NCBI GenBank assembly: GCA_965235115.1
Contig: OZ249439.1
Span: 11,160,001 to 11,224,000, forward strand
DNA length: 64,000 bases
DNA from: Laetmonice hystrix
Taxonomy: Eukaryota
Reading direction: 5' to 3'
Shown: one piece after another, positions 23,109 through 36,940 of the stretch
How the letters are laid out: every line of letters begins with the position of its first letter
Numbering within the stretch: position 1 is the stretch's first letter
Notes under the pieces: generated by a model
What the model was told of the DNA's origin: nothing
What the model saw: the letters and a program-made list of their open reading frames with translations, nothing else
Database searches by the model: none
Position numbers and translations under genes: made by a program

Positions 23109-25027
23109 GTGAGTTAGAGAGGGGACCGTGTCCCGGCTGGCAGGCTGGATGGACGAACGGACGGACCGTCGGTTCTCTCTGGAACCGTCTGGTAGTATAA
23201 ATGTAGAGAGTGTGTACTGAAGTGAGTCATGCAGTACCTCCAACTTTACCCCGCCGGTGGTGGGTGCTTGGTCCTGCTGCCGTCCGACTTACAGATACCC
23301 TCCTAAACCAACCAGGTTTATATCCCTCCTCTCTATAACGTCCAAACTCCATTCATTAATTAACCCCCGTGGGAGACAAGGGGGAATCTGTAAGTGCTGG
23401 ACTGACACAGAACTACGTAACGGTTAATGGGGTCTGGGAGTAGACTTAACAAAACAGTTGATAGTAAAACAACTGTTGATATTACATAAACAAGCGTTCA
23501 GTGATAACAGAGGCCGGGAAAGACCGTAGATATCGAGATATCACACTGTTTCAGGCACAAACGAACCTAGCTAAGGCTATATTAAGACATGCAAGGGGGG
23601 GAGCCTATATTAATGCAGCTTTTCTCTGCACTGGCTGGCCGGATTCAGTTGGATGCCAGCGAGCACCCTGTGATGTAATTGTTCCTAAGACAAAGAATGA
23701 CTCCATCTCGGCAGGTTTCATTCAAACTGCGAACGCAAGCAGCTGCTGCAGCCACAGCATGTAGCACAACGCCTTGGGTCTCAATGAGCCCGTGGGTATT
23801 GAGAAGTGGGGGGGGGGGGCACTGACGTAAACCAAGGGTCCTGTGCTATTGGTCCCCTACCTGTGTAGATAGTCTTTATTGATCTTAGAGCTGCCAAAAC
23901 TTCACTCCCAACCCGAGGTTTTTGGGTCGGGTCATGGTATGGGAATTGTTCGGTACGTCGTCACTTTTAGACCGTTCCTTCAACGTTCCCTTAGATCTCT
24001 CAATAGCAACATCGTAAAAATTGATTTGTTAAGGGTTTCCCTAAAACGTACTTCTCTCCAAAAATGGTTTGAGACAGCATTCGAATTAGTTCCTGTTGTT
24101 CGGGTCAGGTCATAAAACATTATATGATCCTGTTGGAGAGCTATGGTATAGGCCTGTCATTAAAACTGCCCCGGTACATCCTCATTGAGGTCCACGGGAA
24201 CGATTGGTGACAGGCCACGAGCTGTGTTGGCGGGTCGGGTCAGTGCTGTGGTGTCGACTCTATGAATCCTTAGGTCTGATGGGGGGTCCCTTATAGATCG
24301 GGTGAAGTTTACGTGTCCAGCGTGCGGTGCGGTTCCCTTAAAGCTCCTAAAGCTATGTAGGGATAGACTGGGTTTGATGAGCGGTAGGTTTTGAAAAATG
24401 TCGTATGTAACGTGCGAAGGTTGTGTTCCCTTGAGTGGAGTGTATCTCGGGTGATGTTTGTGAAAGGGCCCCGTTAAAGCTGAGGGTGTAGTGTCTATAG
24501 TTCCGCGGTGTGTGCTGCAGGGTTTCTTTCCCGCTTCGCTACCGACTCGGAGCGAACAGTCAGTCTATCGCCATCCATTCAGACAACAAATACAAGCTCG
24601 ACACAGTGACGAAAGTGTGTTTTTTTTGCGCAGGAATTCAGGTTTCCTACTGTGCCACTTAAGGAGGATTGTGTTCTGATGTCAGGGTCGACCTGTTCCA
24701 CTGTTTGACTGGCGAGAGTTGGCGAAGTATCACTGTAGCTATCCCCATATAAAAACAGGTTCGCAATGGCGTCATCACAAATATAGGGTGTAATAGTCTC
24801 ATCCCGTAAACCTGCGACCATCATGGACAGACCGACGCTAAAACTGATCTGTATAGTTGATTCCACACAAAGCTCACCGTACAAAAGTGCCCAATCAGCA
24901 GCAGGTTCAATACAAACGTCTGTTGTTCTGTAAAATCTCTTCTCGTTTTTTGGAGTACTGCGCTTAAAACATGATTTTGTGGATGTCTCTGTGAAGCAAC
25001 ATTAAATTTTTCTATATAACTTAGATT

Positions 25028-25972
25028 CCTTGTCCATGGCACTGGACAGATCTAGTGACGGGGCCAGAGACACCTTGTCCATGGCACTGGACAGATCTAG
25101 TCACGGGGCCAGAGACACCTTGTCCATGGCACTGGACAGATCTATAGTGACGGGGCCAGAGACACCTTGTCCATGGCACTGGACAGATCTAGTGACGGGG
25201 CCATAGACACCTTGTCCATGGCACTGGACAGATCTAGTCACGGAGCCAGAGACACCTTGTCCATGGCACTGGACAGATCTAGTGACGGGGCCATAGACAC
25301 CTTGTCCATGGCACTGGACAGATCTCGTCACGGGGCCAGAGACACCTTGTCCATGGCACTGGACAGATCTAGTCACGGGGCCAAATACACCTTGTCCATG
25401 GCACTGGACAGATCTAATCACGGGGCCATAGACACCTTGTCCATGGCACTGGAGAGATCTAATCACGGGGCCAGAGACACCTTGTCCATGGCACTGGACA
25501 GATCTCGTCACGGGGCCAGAGACACCTTGTCCATGGCACTGGACAGATCTAGTCACGGGGCCAGAGACACCTTGTCCATGGCACTGGACAGATCTAGTCA
25601 CGGGGCCAGAGACACCTTGTCCACGGCACTCGACAGATCTAGTGACGGGGCCAGAGACACCTTGTCCATGGCACTGGACAGATCTAGTCACGGGGCCAGA
25701 GACACCTTGTCCATGGCACTGGACAGATCTAGTCACGGGGCCAGAGACACCTTGTCCATGGCACTGGACAGATCTAGTCACGGGGCCAGAGACACCTTGT
25801 CCATGGCACTGGACAGATCTAGTCACGGGGCCATAGACACCTTGTCCATGGCACTGGACAGATCTAGTCACGGGGCCAGAGACACCTTGTCCATGGCACT
25901 GGACAGATCTAGTCACGGGGCCAGAGACACCTTGTCCATGGCACTGGACAGATCTAGTCACGGGGCCATAGA
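25028..25972. repeat. 45-bp minisatellite, ~21 copies (INF2 intron)
   Basis: Unit caccttgtccatggcactggacagatctagtcacggggccagaga; 15-aa periodic ORFs on both strands. Confidence 0.98.
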
Positions 25973-26969
25973 GGAGAAAATATAGATTTTATGATCGGAG
26001 AAAGCCGATGTCCGACATGATAATATCATGGGGAGCTGAACCTGAGACTGGAGTCAATGAAGCGTGAAGTCTACTGGCTGTTGATGAAGCGTGAAGTGTT
26101 TCGGCTGGTTGGGTTTTTACCCTGGCAATATAACCATAGAAAAACCCCACTCTGATGCAGGATCGAGTCAGTGCGAACCTTCCCAGAACAGTAGGTGAGG
26201 GCATATATCATTAAACCACAGTTATGTAGCCTCAGTCACATACGTGCACGACGCTAATACTTTCAAACAACATCGAATTTCAGTTATGTGATGTGATGGA
26301 TGGCTAACCTGCATACTGAAAGGGCTTACACGTGCACAGCGTTTATAATAAATTCGCACTCGGTCCATTTCATGAAAAATCTTGGCTGCCTGGCGACTCT
26401 CAGACCCAGTGTCCCGGCTCCCCTGATAGACAAGCTGGCTGACGTATCAGAAAAAAACTTGTGGTTTGACACGTGGTGCGGCGAGTTCGCAGTGCGCTAT
26501 AAAGGATATCTATGTTCTACATGTCTATATTGGCATTCCGGGTGCCTGCTCTATATACAGAACATTACGGTCATGTGTTGGGGAGACAACTCGTTGGACC
26601 GCACCTTATGGTCCGGGGGTGGGGGTGGGGTGGGGGTAGGAGGGGTTGGTAGAGTTTAGTGAACTCCAGGCAGTCACATCTGCACGTGGTCCGTAAAAAA
26701 AGCACGCGTGCAGGCATCGTTATTTGACTTTTTTCAACCAACCATTTAGAACTGGTGTCCTAGATTTCAGTAACCCCCAGGCCGTATGTATGTCTGACCC
26801 ATGCCGAGATGCAGGATGGGGGATGGCTTACACATCCAACTATTGTCCCTTTAATACATAATATCAGGAATAGTGTATAATAAATGATAAAAACAAATAA
26901 GAAGGGAAGAAGAAAGAAAGGACGAAACATTGAAACCAATCGTCTATAACAAAATAATATTATGTTCAA

Positions 26970-27045
26970 CGTGTTATCATGTTATAGTGTTATATAAGTA
27001 ATGATTAGTGTTATCATGTTATAGTGTTATATAAGTAATGATTAC
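26970..27045. repeat. 37-bp tandem duplication
   Basis: gtgttatcatgttatagtgttatataagtaatgatta, two copies. Confidence 0.85.
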
Positions 27046-27444
27046 TTATCACTCAGTGACAGTCTTCTCGGCCAGCATTGCTTGATGTAAATCTATTTAT
27101 AGCCTGACGAACTTTGCCAACTTCTCGTAGTTTGAATTGCGTTTCAAGCATTGATTCAGGCCAATAGCAAATCGGGAAGGTGAGAGCGGGGTGGTGTTGG
27201 GTAGGGCGGGGGTCCGAGGATCATAGGCCCTTTTAGAGTCGTATAAATCTCCGGGAATTTAATTTCCATATTACGGAAAACGGCCCCGTATTACACAAAG
27301 GTATGCAATTTCCTAAAGGATCTGCTGTAAGACATATAGCCCTGGTCAACCCTGCCCTCCCGTCCTACTGGTCACTGCAGGATCCGTCCCTTGACGAGGC
27401 TTTAGTTGATACGGGTCTATAAAGTTCACCGTTACGTCATGGCA

Positions 27445-27800
27445 TGTGGATCAGCCCTTGCTGCTGATCCACAGCCGATCATATTTTAATTTGCAGTGCT
27501 GAAGTCTCATAACACTGACGTAGACACAGAGTCTGCATCCACCTGGCGGTCCTGGACTGGGGCCCTTCATTCAGCCTCCATCCTCTAGGCCTATACATTG
27601 ACAACTATAATCCACACAAACTCGAGGGTTTACAGTAGGCCTACAGTATATATCACAATAACACTGAGGTAGACACAGAGTCTGCATCCACCTGGCGGTC
27701 CTGGACTGGGGCCCTTCATTCAGCCTCCATCCTCTATACATTGACAACTATAATCCACACAAACTCGAGGGTTTACAGTAGGCCTACGGTATATATAAGA
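27445..27800. repeat. ~149-bp tandem duplication preceded by a perfect 11-bp hairpin
   Basis: tagacacagagtctgc... occurs at 27521 and 27670. Stem tgtggatcagc / gctgatccaca at 27445-27473. Confidence 0.85.
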
Positions 27801-29545
27801 ATACGGATCCTCTCACAGGGAGGCAACAACCCGACCAGGTCGAGCTCGGTCAACTCGTACTTTTACGGTTATCATTTTGTAATACAATGTACTACCATAT
27901 TTTCACAATGCTCCTTGGCTTCTATCAGTAATCACCCCCCCCCCCCCAACACACACACTTTAAAAAAGACACCAGTCACCCCCAACGGAACTGAGGTGTA
28001 ATGTATACCCGGGCTCGGGAAGTGACTAGATGATGGTCTAACGGCCAAATTCTCTCGGTACATAATCCGTGTGTTGGCTCATTATGAGTCTAACTTGTCT
28101 CACAACTATCACTTACTGCCCGTGGGGTGTGTATGCTTTACACGGTTTACACACGGCATTACAGCCCGTATACTGTGATTTATTTTCTTTAGGAATTCAA
28201 ATATTTAGTTTCCGCCTTACGTCCCCTATCCGGTCGATTTCCACGTACCTTTAGTTACGTCACCACCTCGATATGTTCTCGGTAGGATTACGTCATCATC
28301 CTGAGTGAACGCTGAAGTTGACAAACGCCTGCTGATGAACCGACATCACGATCAAAGCTCATGTTTGATCTTTAAGTCACGGCTGTAGGTAATAAAAAAT
28401 ACAACGACAGTTATGGAACTACAAGCGAACCTCATTTTCTTTAATAAAATTTACGCAATATTTACTAATGATTTATATGCAAGGTCAAGATCTTAATTTC
28501 AAATTCAAAACTTCATATGAACGAGGAGATGATTTTATGATTACATCTCAGTTTCCTTTTTTTGACACACTCTGCATATATACGGCAGTTCTGAAATAGT
28601 TAATAGTTTACGTCCATGTAGGCGCAGTAAGCTTGCTAATTAATACGAGTGGCGAATCGTGTAAGAGCCAGGGTAATTGGCATACGTTCTGGGCAATCAG
28701 TAATAAGCCGACCAGTATTAGCAGACGAGGGATGTGTAACTTTAATAAGATTAAAGGTGAAGCAGGAATGAATAACAAAGTATGCCAAGGGCGTAAATAT
28801 ATACATGCAAGTCAAAATAAATAAAAATATGAACAAAAACAAAAATTCAAAGTTTAAAACCATGCATTTTCAGATGAGGGACCCGATCGGTGTCCCTATA
28901 GGGACAAGTTGACGCTCTGCGGATAATGACAAAAAACAGATCTGGAGAATCGACTCAAACACCAGTTGGATGTAGAATTGCTAGTCTCGTGAGCACCGTT
29001 ATGAGTGTATTAACCTGTCTATCACAACCCCCCACAGTGTCCAGCTTCACGTACTTTACCCGCCACCGTGTCCCTGTCTCTGAGCCCGACCCTCTCTTAG
29101 TTAGAAACCTTTCTTTTTAAGAAATCCTAAGAAGTCTTTAACCTTAGAGTCCCCCTTGACTGTATGCAGACGTGGAGGGAACCTTTTGTCGGTATACTAT
29201 ATATAGGTACGACAGATCAGTGTTTTCACACGTAGGATTTAATTACCAGCTGACCTGACCTCCCGCCGCAGGACGCCGAGGGGGATGAGCTTGGAGTAGG
29301 CACAGAATGGAAGTCTGTGTATATGACAGGATCTTCAAGGTCTCAGTCACTCTCTAATTCAGTGGGACGGTTTAAATATAGAGACAGCTAGACACGCGCC
29401 ATTGTGTGTTGTACCAAGTATGATACTCTCACCAATATCTGTATTATTTATCATTGAGGAAGTAACGTTTCCTTATCCCAGGTGGATTATCCATGTTGTG
29501 AAGGTTCTGTACTATCAAATAATCCGTCATTTCCTCCTTTTTCAG

Positions 29546-29661
29546 CATTGGACACTACCAATGTGACGGTCAAGAAACAACTATTTGAGTTACTTTCTGC
29601 CCTCTGCGTATACTCAGCAGAGGGATATGCCCGCGCAATCGATGCATTGGAGAATTATAAG
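29546..29661 (+). CDS. INF2: INF2-like exon (DID; equivalent to vertebrate exon 3, 116 nt)
   Basis: (A)[38 protein letters not shown], against human [28 protein letters not shown]...DALDHYK as recalled. ttttttcag acceptor and AAG|GTACGT donor; phase 1-0 fits the previous exon. Confidence 0.97.
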
Positions 29662-31084
29662 GTACGTTGAATTTTTTTATTGATCCTTTTTTCATTTTTG
29701 TTTAAAGTGATTTGATCTTTCAGCGAAAATTTTAGATGTCAATCTGAACTAACTCCTTGGGTTCACCTGTTGACCTAACCCTGAGGATTACGTTACAAGG
29801 GTGACCAGACCAACATGTGCTGGATGGATTACCTTAAACCCATGTTGGTTAATGGTCACAAGGTTTACAACCTTCATTTCTCCCATTATCGCCCAGTTTG
29901 ACAGAGTCTGAATGCTGGAGGTAGACTTCAGGATTTCTACCCACTGTGTATACTCAATAGAGCGACATACCAGCTCTATCAATGGTGTTACTAAGGACAG
30001 CCATCTAATAAATTAACTCTTAATATCAGGGCTTGCAGATGCCCCTTAACTGACCTCCACTATATTTGTTTGGATGCATCTTTATCAAACAACATGCAAA
30101 ATTCATTTTTTAAATCCAGTTCCTAAATTCACTTATGAAACACAGCCAAAGCACCTTGTTAAGTTTCTTCAACCTCAGGCAAAGTCTACAATCAGTGATT
30201 ACTATCACGGAGACCTGTTACGGAAGACCACCGCTATATTAGTGATATCTCACGCCATACACCCAGTCCTGCTGGCTGCATGTTTCGGCCTTCTGGAGAC
30301 CTTTTTTTACAAGCGGCCCTGGACAGTATAGTGCACACATTTATAATTATATATCACCCTAGACATGACAGTCATCCATCATTCGTGTCCAATAGAAAAT
30401 GTCGAGGACGTTGTTGTTTTTGCTTTTCTAGTTTGTTGTTGTCGTGTCTTTATCTTCATGCTCTAGTCACTAAATCCCCCGGGCCAACAAAAAGATATCA
30501 ATATAACTTACTTTGAATTATTGAAAAGAAATCACTAAAGTACACTGTCTGTGGTCACTGGGATACTGTGGCGCTCCGGTTGACTCCTCCTGATCAACTC
30601 AGCTGAAGTTCTAGGACAGAAAGAATGTGATTGAGCTGACCCACTCACCAGCTGCCTACTTTACATGGATGATTTTATTGTTATCCACGCTTGGTGACCT
30701 TCTGATGATGTTATTGTTATGCACGCTTAGTGATCTTGCAATTGGAATATCGATATAATCTCCAACCATATCATAGTGTAAACACTTGAAGACCATTAGA
30801 AGAGAGGATCTTTCCACTGAGGTATGTGGAGTGATGGCTTAGTGCCGATCACCCATTCAGTAGAGCTATAATGTCAGCTCATACAACGACAATGGCATTC
30901 TTTTTGAAGGAAGCCCTGCGGATTTTTAGCGAGTCGATGTTGATGTGTAATGTAGCGGTCTGGTTGGTCCTGCCGGCCACGTGAGGAATAAAGGACGTCA
31001 CGTGACACACACCACTGGATTAATCTTCTCAGAGCACAGGGGTGAGCTTATTGACAGCACTAAGAGTACGGGGATGACATGACG

Positions 31085-32555
31085 GTCAGAACTAGCACCA
31101 GACTGGTCTGACTGACAGAACTCAGAGCACCAGACTGACCTGACTGACAGCACCCAGAGTACCAGACTGACCTGACTGACAGCAGTCAGAGCACCAGACT
31201 TGACCTGACTGACAGCAGTCAGAGCACCAGACTTGACCTGACTGACAGCAGTCAGAGCACCAGACTGACCTGGCTGACAGAGCACCAGACTGACCTGGCT
31301 GACAACACTCAGAGCACCAGACTGACCTGACTGACAGCAGTCAGAGCACCAGACTGACCTGACTGACAGCACCCAGAGTACCAGACTGACCTGGCTGACA
31401 CCACCCAGAGTACCAGACTGACCTGACTGACAGCACCCAGAGCACCAGACTGACATCACTCAGAGCACCAGACTGACCTGACTGACAGCACCCAGAGTAC
31501 CAGACTGACCTGACTGACAGCACCCAGAGTACCAGACTGACATCACTCAGAGCACCAGACTGGCCTGACTGACAGCACCCAGAGTACCAGACTGACCTGA
31601 CTGACAGCACCCAGAGCACCAGACTGACATCACTCAGAGCACCAGACTGGCCTGACTGACAGCACCCAGAGTACCAGACTGACCTGACTGACAGCACCCA
31701 GAGTACCAGACTGACCTGACTGACAGCACCCAGAGTACCAGACTGACCTGACTGACAGCACCCAGAGCACCAGACTGACCTGACTGACAGCACCCAGAGC
31801 ACCAGACTGACAGCACTCAGAGCACCAGACTGACCTGACTGACAGCACTCAGAGCACCAAACTGGCCTGACTGACAGCACCCAGAGTACCAGACTGACCT
31901 GACTGACAGCACCCAGAGTACCAGACTGACCTGACTGACAGCACCCAGAGTACCAGACTGACCTGACTGACAGCACCCAGAGCACCAGACTGACCTGACT
32001 GACAGCACCCAGAGCACCAGACTGACAGCACTGAGAGCACCAGACTGACCTGACTGACAGCACTCAGAGCACCAAACTGGCCTGACTGACAGCAGTCAGA
32101 GCACCAGACTTGACCTGACTGACAGCACTCAGAGCACCAGACTGGCCTGACTGACAGCAGTCAGAGCACCAGACTTGGCCTGACTGACAGCAGTCAGAGC
32201 ACCAGACTGACCTGACTGACAGCAGTCAGAGCACCAGACTGGCCTGACTGACAGCACTCAGAGCACCAGACTGACCTGACTGACAGCACTCAGAGCACCA
32301 GACTGGCCTGACTGACAGCAGTCAGAGCACCAGACTTGGCCTGACTGACAGCAGTCAGAGCACCAGACTTGGCCTGACTGACAGCAGTCAGAGCACCAGA
32401 CTGACCTGGCTGACAACACTCAGAGCACCAGACTGACCTGGCTGACAACACTCAGAGCACCAGACTGACCTGGCTGAAAACACTCAGAGCACCAGACTGA
32501 CCTGACAGCAGTCAGAGCACCAGGCTGACCTGCCTGACAACACTCAGAGCACCGG
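31085..32555. repeat. ~32-bp minisatellite with length variants
   Basis: Unit cagagcaccagactgacctgactgacagcact, with cacc/cagt/cact variants and short (~21-23 bp) and 33-bp units. Confidence 0.97.
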
Positions 32556-32661
32556 GATGACCTGAGGACATTATGTAATGTTATCAGAGCCGTCTCATTG
32601 TCAACCCGTCACTCTCTCAGGTCGACAGCCGGCCGGGTAACCAGCTCACGGCACCTCATAC

Positions 32662-32695
32662 CTTCTGCTCCATGTCCTGAATCGACATTTTCGAT
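32662..32695 (-). other. Candidate antisense micro-exon (34 nt)
   Basis: Minus strand: ttttttctttttcaag acceptor and AAG|GTATGAG donor. It reads (R)SKMSIQDMEQK in frame after the 34231 donor. Confidence 0.35.
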
Positions 32696-33177
32696 CTTGA
32701 AAAAGAAAAAAGTCGGAGTGGGCGGTTTGAAGACCTAGACCTCTATCTTTCTTCGATTCAAGTCATGCATGATACGTTAAAGTGGGGCTAGTTTCTGGTG
32801 GGGTAGGGGGACGGGGAATGGCAATATTAAATTGGTTCAGGTAAATATGACCCTTGCCTGTCGGTAATATTGTAATACAATCTGGTCTAAGGTGTTGACA
32901 TTAAAGGCAAACACAATCGAATGGAGAACCTGAAAAAAGGGGGAAAGACGCGAGCGATGACAACCGATCATCTTTAACTCTGTAGATCTACCTGTCGTGA
33001 TAGACCAAAGGCTGTCAGCTGGCATCAGATTGGATACATAGAAATAAATGGCCCACTTAAAGTAAAGTCAGGTTTGCGATGATGAACGGCCAAATGGTGT
33101 GACGTGTCGGTAGCTGAGGCCGGGGAGCTTATTGTGCCGCATACCGAGGACTTCACTCACCGAGCGCTTCTTACGGC

Positions 33178-33860
33178 CGCCTGGTGGCCAGACTGACGTC
33201 TTGACGGTGTCGTGTCGGGTGTCGGGAGCCGGGTGGACGCCTGGTGGCCAGACTGACGTCTTGACGGTGTCGTGTCGGGTGTAGGGGGCCGGGTGGACGC
33301 CTAGTGGCCAGACTGACGTCTTGACGGTGTCGTGTCGGGTGTAGGGGGCCGGGTGGACGCCTGGTGGCCAGACTGACGTCTTGACGGTGTCGTGTCGGGT
33401 GTAGGGAGCCGGGTGGACGCCTGGTGGCCAGACTGACGTCTTGACGGTGTCGTGTCGGGTGTAGGGAGCCGGGTGGACGCCTGGTGGCCAGACTGACGTC
33501 TTGACGGTGTCGTGTCGGGTGTAGGGGGCCGGGTGGACGCCTGGTGGCCAGACTGACGTCTTGACGGTGTCGTGTCGGGTGTAGGGAGCCTGGTGGCCAG
33601 ACTGATGTCTTGACGGTGTCGTGTTGGGTGTAGGGAGCCGGGTGGACGCCGGGTGGCCAGACTGACGTCTTGACGGTGTCGTGTTGGGTGTAGGGAGCCG
33701 GGTGGACCCCTGGTGGCCAGACTGACTGACGTCTTGACGGTGTCGTGTCGGGTGTAGGGGGCCGGGTGGACACCTGGTGGCCAGACTGACTTCTTGACGG
33801 TGTCGTGTCGGGTGTAGGGAGCCGGGTGGACCCCTGGTGGCCAGACTGACGTCGTGTCGG
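33178..33860. repeat. 60-bp GC-rich minisatellite, ~11 copies
   Basis: Unit cctggtggccagactgacgtcttgacggtgtcgtgtcgggtgtagggagccgggtggacg; 20-aa periodic minus-strand ORF. Confidence 0.97.
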
Positions 33861-34230
33861 GCCTGACTCCGTGACCACCATGTTAATCAGGGCCGTCCTG
33901 AACAGCCACACGGTACACTGTTTACTCTCTGAAAGCTGCTGATCTAATTTCCACTCTGTCTACAAGTTTACTCTTCTCTATAAGCGCATTTGGTCCCTTT
34001 GCCCCGAGAAAAGTTAGGTAAATCTTGCGTGTAGATGAAGTTGTCATTATTAGAAGGATGGAAGGCGTAGAAAAGGCAGTCTTAAGATCGGGTTTCCTAT
34101 GTTCATGTCAGAAGTGCCTTTTTGGAGCCCAACATTGTTATGATACCGCCAAAGGTGTGCTTCACCTATGTTGACGGGATTTTTCTTCAGATAATCAAGG
34201 AGAAGATCTTTAGTAGACATCCGTACGTAC

Positions 34231-34388
34231 CTGGATGTCATGTTCACAGGAACAAAGGACTCCTTAAGCTGTAGAGATAATAAAATATACATTGATGATT
34301 AGAATGTTTGAAATCAAGAGAAACCTTACCCTCGGCTATGCCAAAGAAAACGAACTGCAGATTAAGAGAAGCTAAGATCTTATTTATA
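34231..34388 (-). promoter_or_regulatory. Candidate 5' end of a nested antisense transcript: TATA, Inr, short exon, 61-nt intron, ATG exon
   Basis: Minus strand: TATAAATA (34388-34381); GCAGTT Inr-like with its A 32 nt downstream (34356); GAGG|GTAAGG donor (34329); CTAAT branch point ~30 nt before the tattttattatctctacag acceptor (34269); aacATG at 34241; CAG|GTACGT donor (34230). Confidence 0.5.
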
Positions 34389-36940
34389 CGGGAGCGGGGT
34401 GGCTACTAGAAGTAACAACATAATGGAGCATTGTCTACCGGCTGCAGAACGGAGGACAGCAAAATAGTTTTGTGTTGACGTGCCGCTGGGAGTGCTGCCT
34501 TTCAGGGTCCCCGGACGACTGGTCCCCCAGCCCCCCTGCCAGCCCCCTGGCCAGCTATACGACAGGGGCGGAGGCAGCCTGCGGCCTTGTGCTGCTTCTT
34601 ATGTAACATAAACAACGTCTGGAGTGGAGGCAATGGACAGACGTTGGTGTCCATGACCGGGTGCTTTCAGGTGGCAGTCTCCCTAATGAAGGGGTGTTTG
34701 ACGGTTTCCCCTTGTAGGCGTACCACCACAATGTCAGGCCTCACCCCGGTGTTAGATCACGTGACATTGGATCCGCCGGCTCGGAGTGAAGCCACCATTC
34801 AAGGGACAGAAACCAATCAGGATATTTTTGTTGGCAGCGGAAGAAAAAGTATTTGACTATAACTGTTGCATTGAGAGTCAGCTGGGGAGAGTTCCTCACG
34901 GGGAAGTGATACCTGGGAGATATTCAGGGTCCCATCTGACGGTTGAAAGTCGGTCGGTGGAATATTCATGGTTCATGAGTTGACAGGTAAAACTTCGGAA
35001 CGCCTTTACCCTAACGTTATCAAAGTGTGGTCCCCGACGGGGGTTTCTTCAAAGTGTACAGGAGGATGACCTCAGATTATAACGGAGAATATTTACGAGG
35101 TGGTATACACCTCACAAGACACGGTGGCTGAAAGTGACATTTCAAAAAAGACTGCCTTGATGTGCGCAGATTGCTGGAGACCCCGACCGCACTGTTTGTC
35201 ATCCTTTGACTATTTTCTGGTTAACAAACAACCTGAGATCAACTTTATGTCAGTAGCTGTCAGGTGTAACTATAAGGTGTCGAAATAAACGTACAGAAAC
35301 TGTCCAGCAGTGACACTTATAACATTTTGTTGACATTCAGAATGTAAAACTCTAGTTGGGCAGACAGACGGGCAGGAGACCAAACCTTCTCCTGGTGCCA
35401 GCAGACTGGATTCTTCCCGTCGACGCCCATCGAGTGAATGCCTGATGATCGGGTACCTTGACATCCACAGGTTCACACGACGTGCACCCAAGCCGAACCC
35501 TCCCCACTCGGGCTTGGAGGTCTTGGAGGTCTTGGAGGCAGTAAATGAGCCATGCAAATGAAAGGAGAGGTTGGGGACCGAGTTATGAAAATCCACACGG
35601 AAATCGCAAAAATTATTATTGTGGGGAGCTGCTTCATTAATGAGATTATGTTTCCGAATATAAAACCTTATGCACCTTCTGGAAGAAAAGATTTTAATAT
35701 GTAAGTTATAAGCCATCGTGTAACATAACCGATTTGTTGGCATTTGATTCACAAGCATTTGCTTGTATGAAAAAGTTTATTATTGCTATTTTCACATGGT
35801 GACGTTGGCAATGATAGTATAGGAGTATGAATAGAGGCGTGTTTCCATTAGGCACCATGTACATGTATATCATTGAGGTGGGAGGCGTGGCCGGGCGGCA
35901 GGAGCAGAGAAAGGTCATCGGTGAAGCCCAGAGTTACTGACAAACCTTTGCAGTCTGGCCAGGCTATCGGAAGGCGACTGGCACCGACACTTTACGTCAA
36001 GTGATCTCATAAGCAAGCGTCGCACAAATGTCGTCTTATGGAAAGGTAAGCAGACGTGAAATAGTCGGTCGACAGGTTCCGGCGTCTCCACAGAACGCTG
36101 CTCTGTGATCGTCAGCGCGTCTAGCGTTGCCACAGACGACCGTCGCGTCCGCCATACAAAATCTACAACCCGGAGCAAAGTTGCGCGTCTGTGACGTTAT
36201 GCGCACATTAGCGAGTGGCGTAAGACTAAGAACTTCCGCCCGGCGTCTCCGGACCCACCAGTATGTTTCTCTCGTCCTTGATAGTTATCTTGCAGAGTTA
36301 GCTTGGGTTAGCCTGCCCTCTTACCGTCCTGCTTTTGAAGACCCTTCTCCCACACGCGTTTCTGCTCTGAGTAATCAACAGAGCCAGACATGCCATACGA
36401 GACAGGTATTGCCCCAGGTCGCCCGACAACTTTTAAGGTTGCATACTGTTGCGAAATACATTTATCCTGGCCGTGCTAGTAGACACCGATGTGCTACGAA
36501 TGATAGCTATTCACATGGTTTAATCGCAGCACTCATGACCTAGGCTGGAGGTTGGGGTGTCTTGATGACGACAAATCTGGCTCGTCTGAACAATGACGAA
36601 CAAAAGAGTAACTGTCTATTGGTGCTATTTTTCCATGGGAACATTCCCGCCAAATGAGCTAGATGAAGGGATAGGATATAAAGCTGAGGCTGAGTTTTTG
36701 TGGGGAGGTCTGGGGTGAGTAGAAAGTATAGGGGATTGAGAGATTTTGTTGTTTTTAAATGCACGGGCATCAGGCGTCCCCTAGTCACTTTGAGAATGTC
36801 CGCAAAGAGATAGTCCTCTACTGGAACTGAACCCCGGCCCCAAGATTACTGCACCCATTCGCATATAGCATAAGGTATCAACGCCCATGCCCACTCCGCC
36901 ACCGCCACTTCCCTTTAAAGCTTTGGTGATCGAGCAGGAC

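Noticed and set aside
28891-28906. Perfect 16-bp palindrome tgtccctatagggaca
   Set aside because: About one such palindrome is expected by chance in 64 kb.
34050-34241. KDLLLDYLKKNP as a tyrosine-recombinase or HTH fragment
   Set aside because: The resemblance is short and generic, and no catalytic R-H-R-Y residues are visible.
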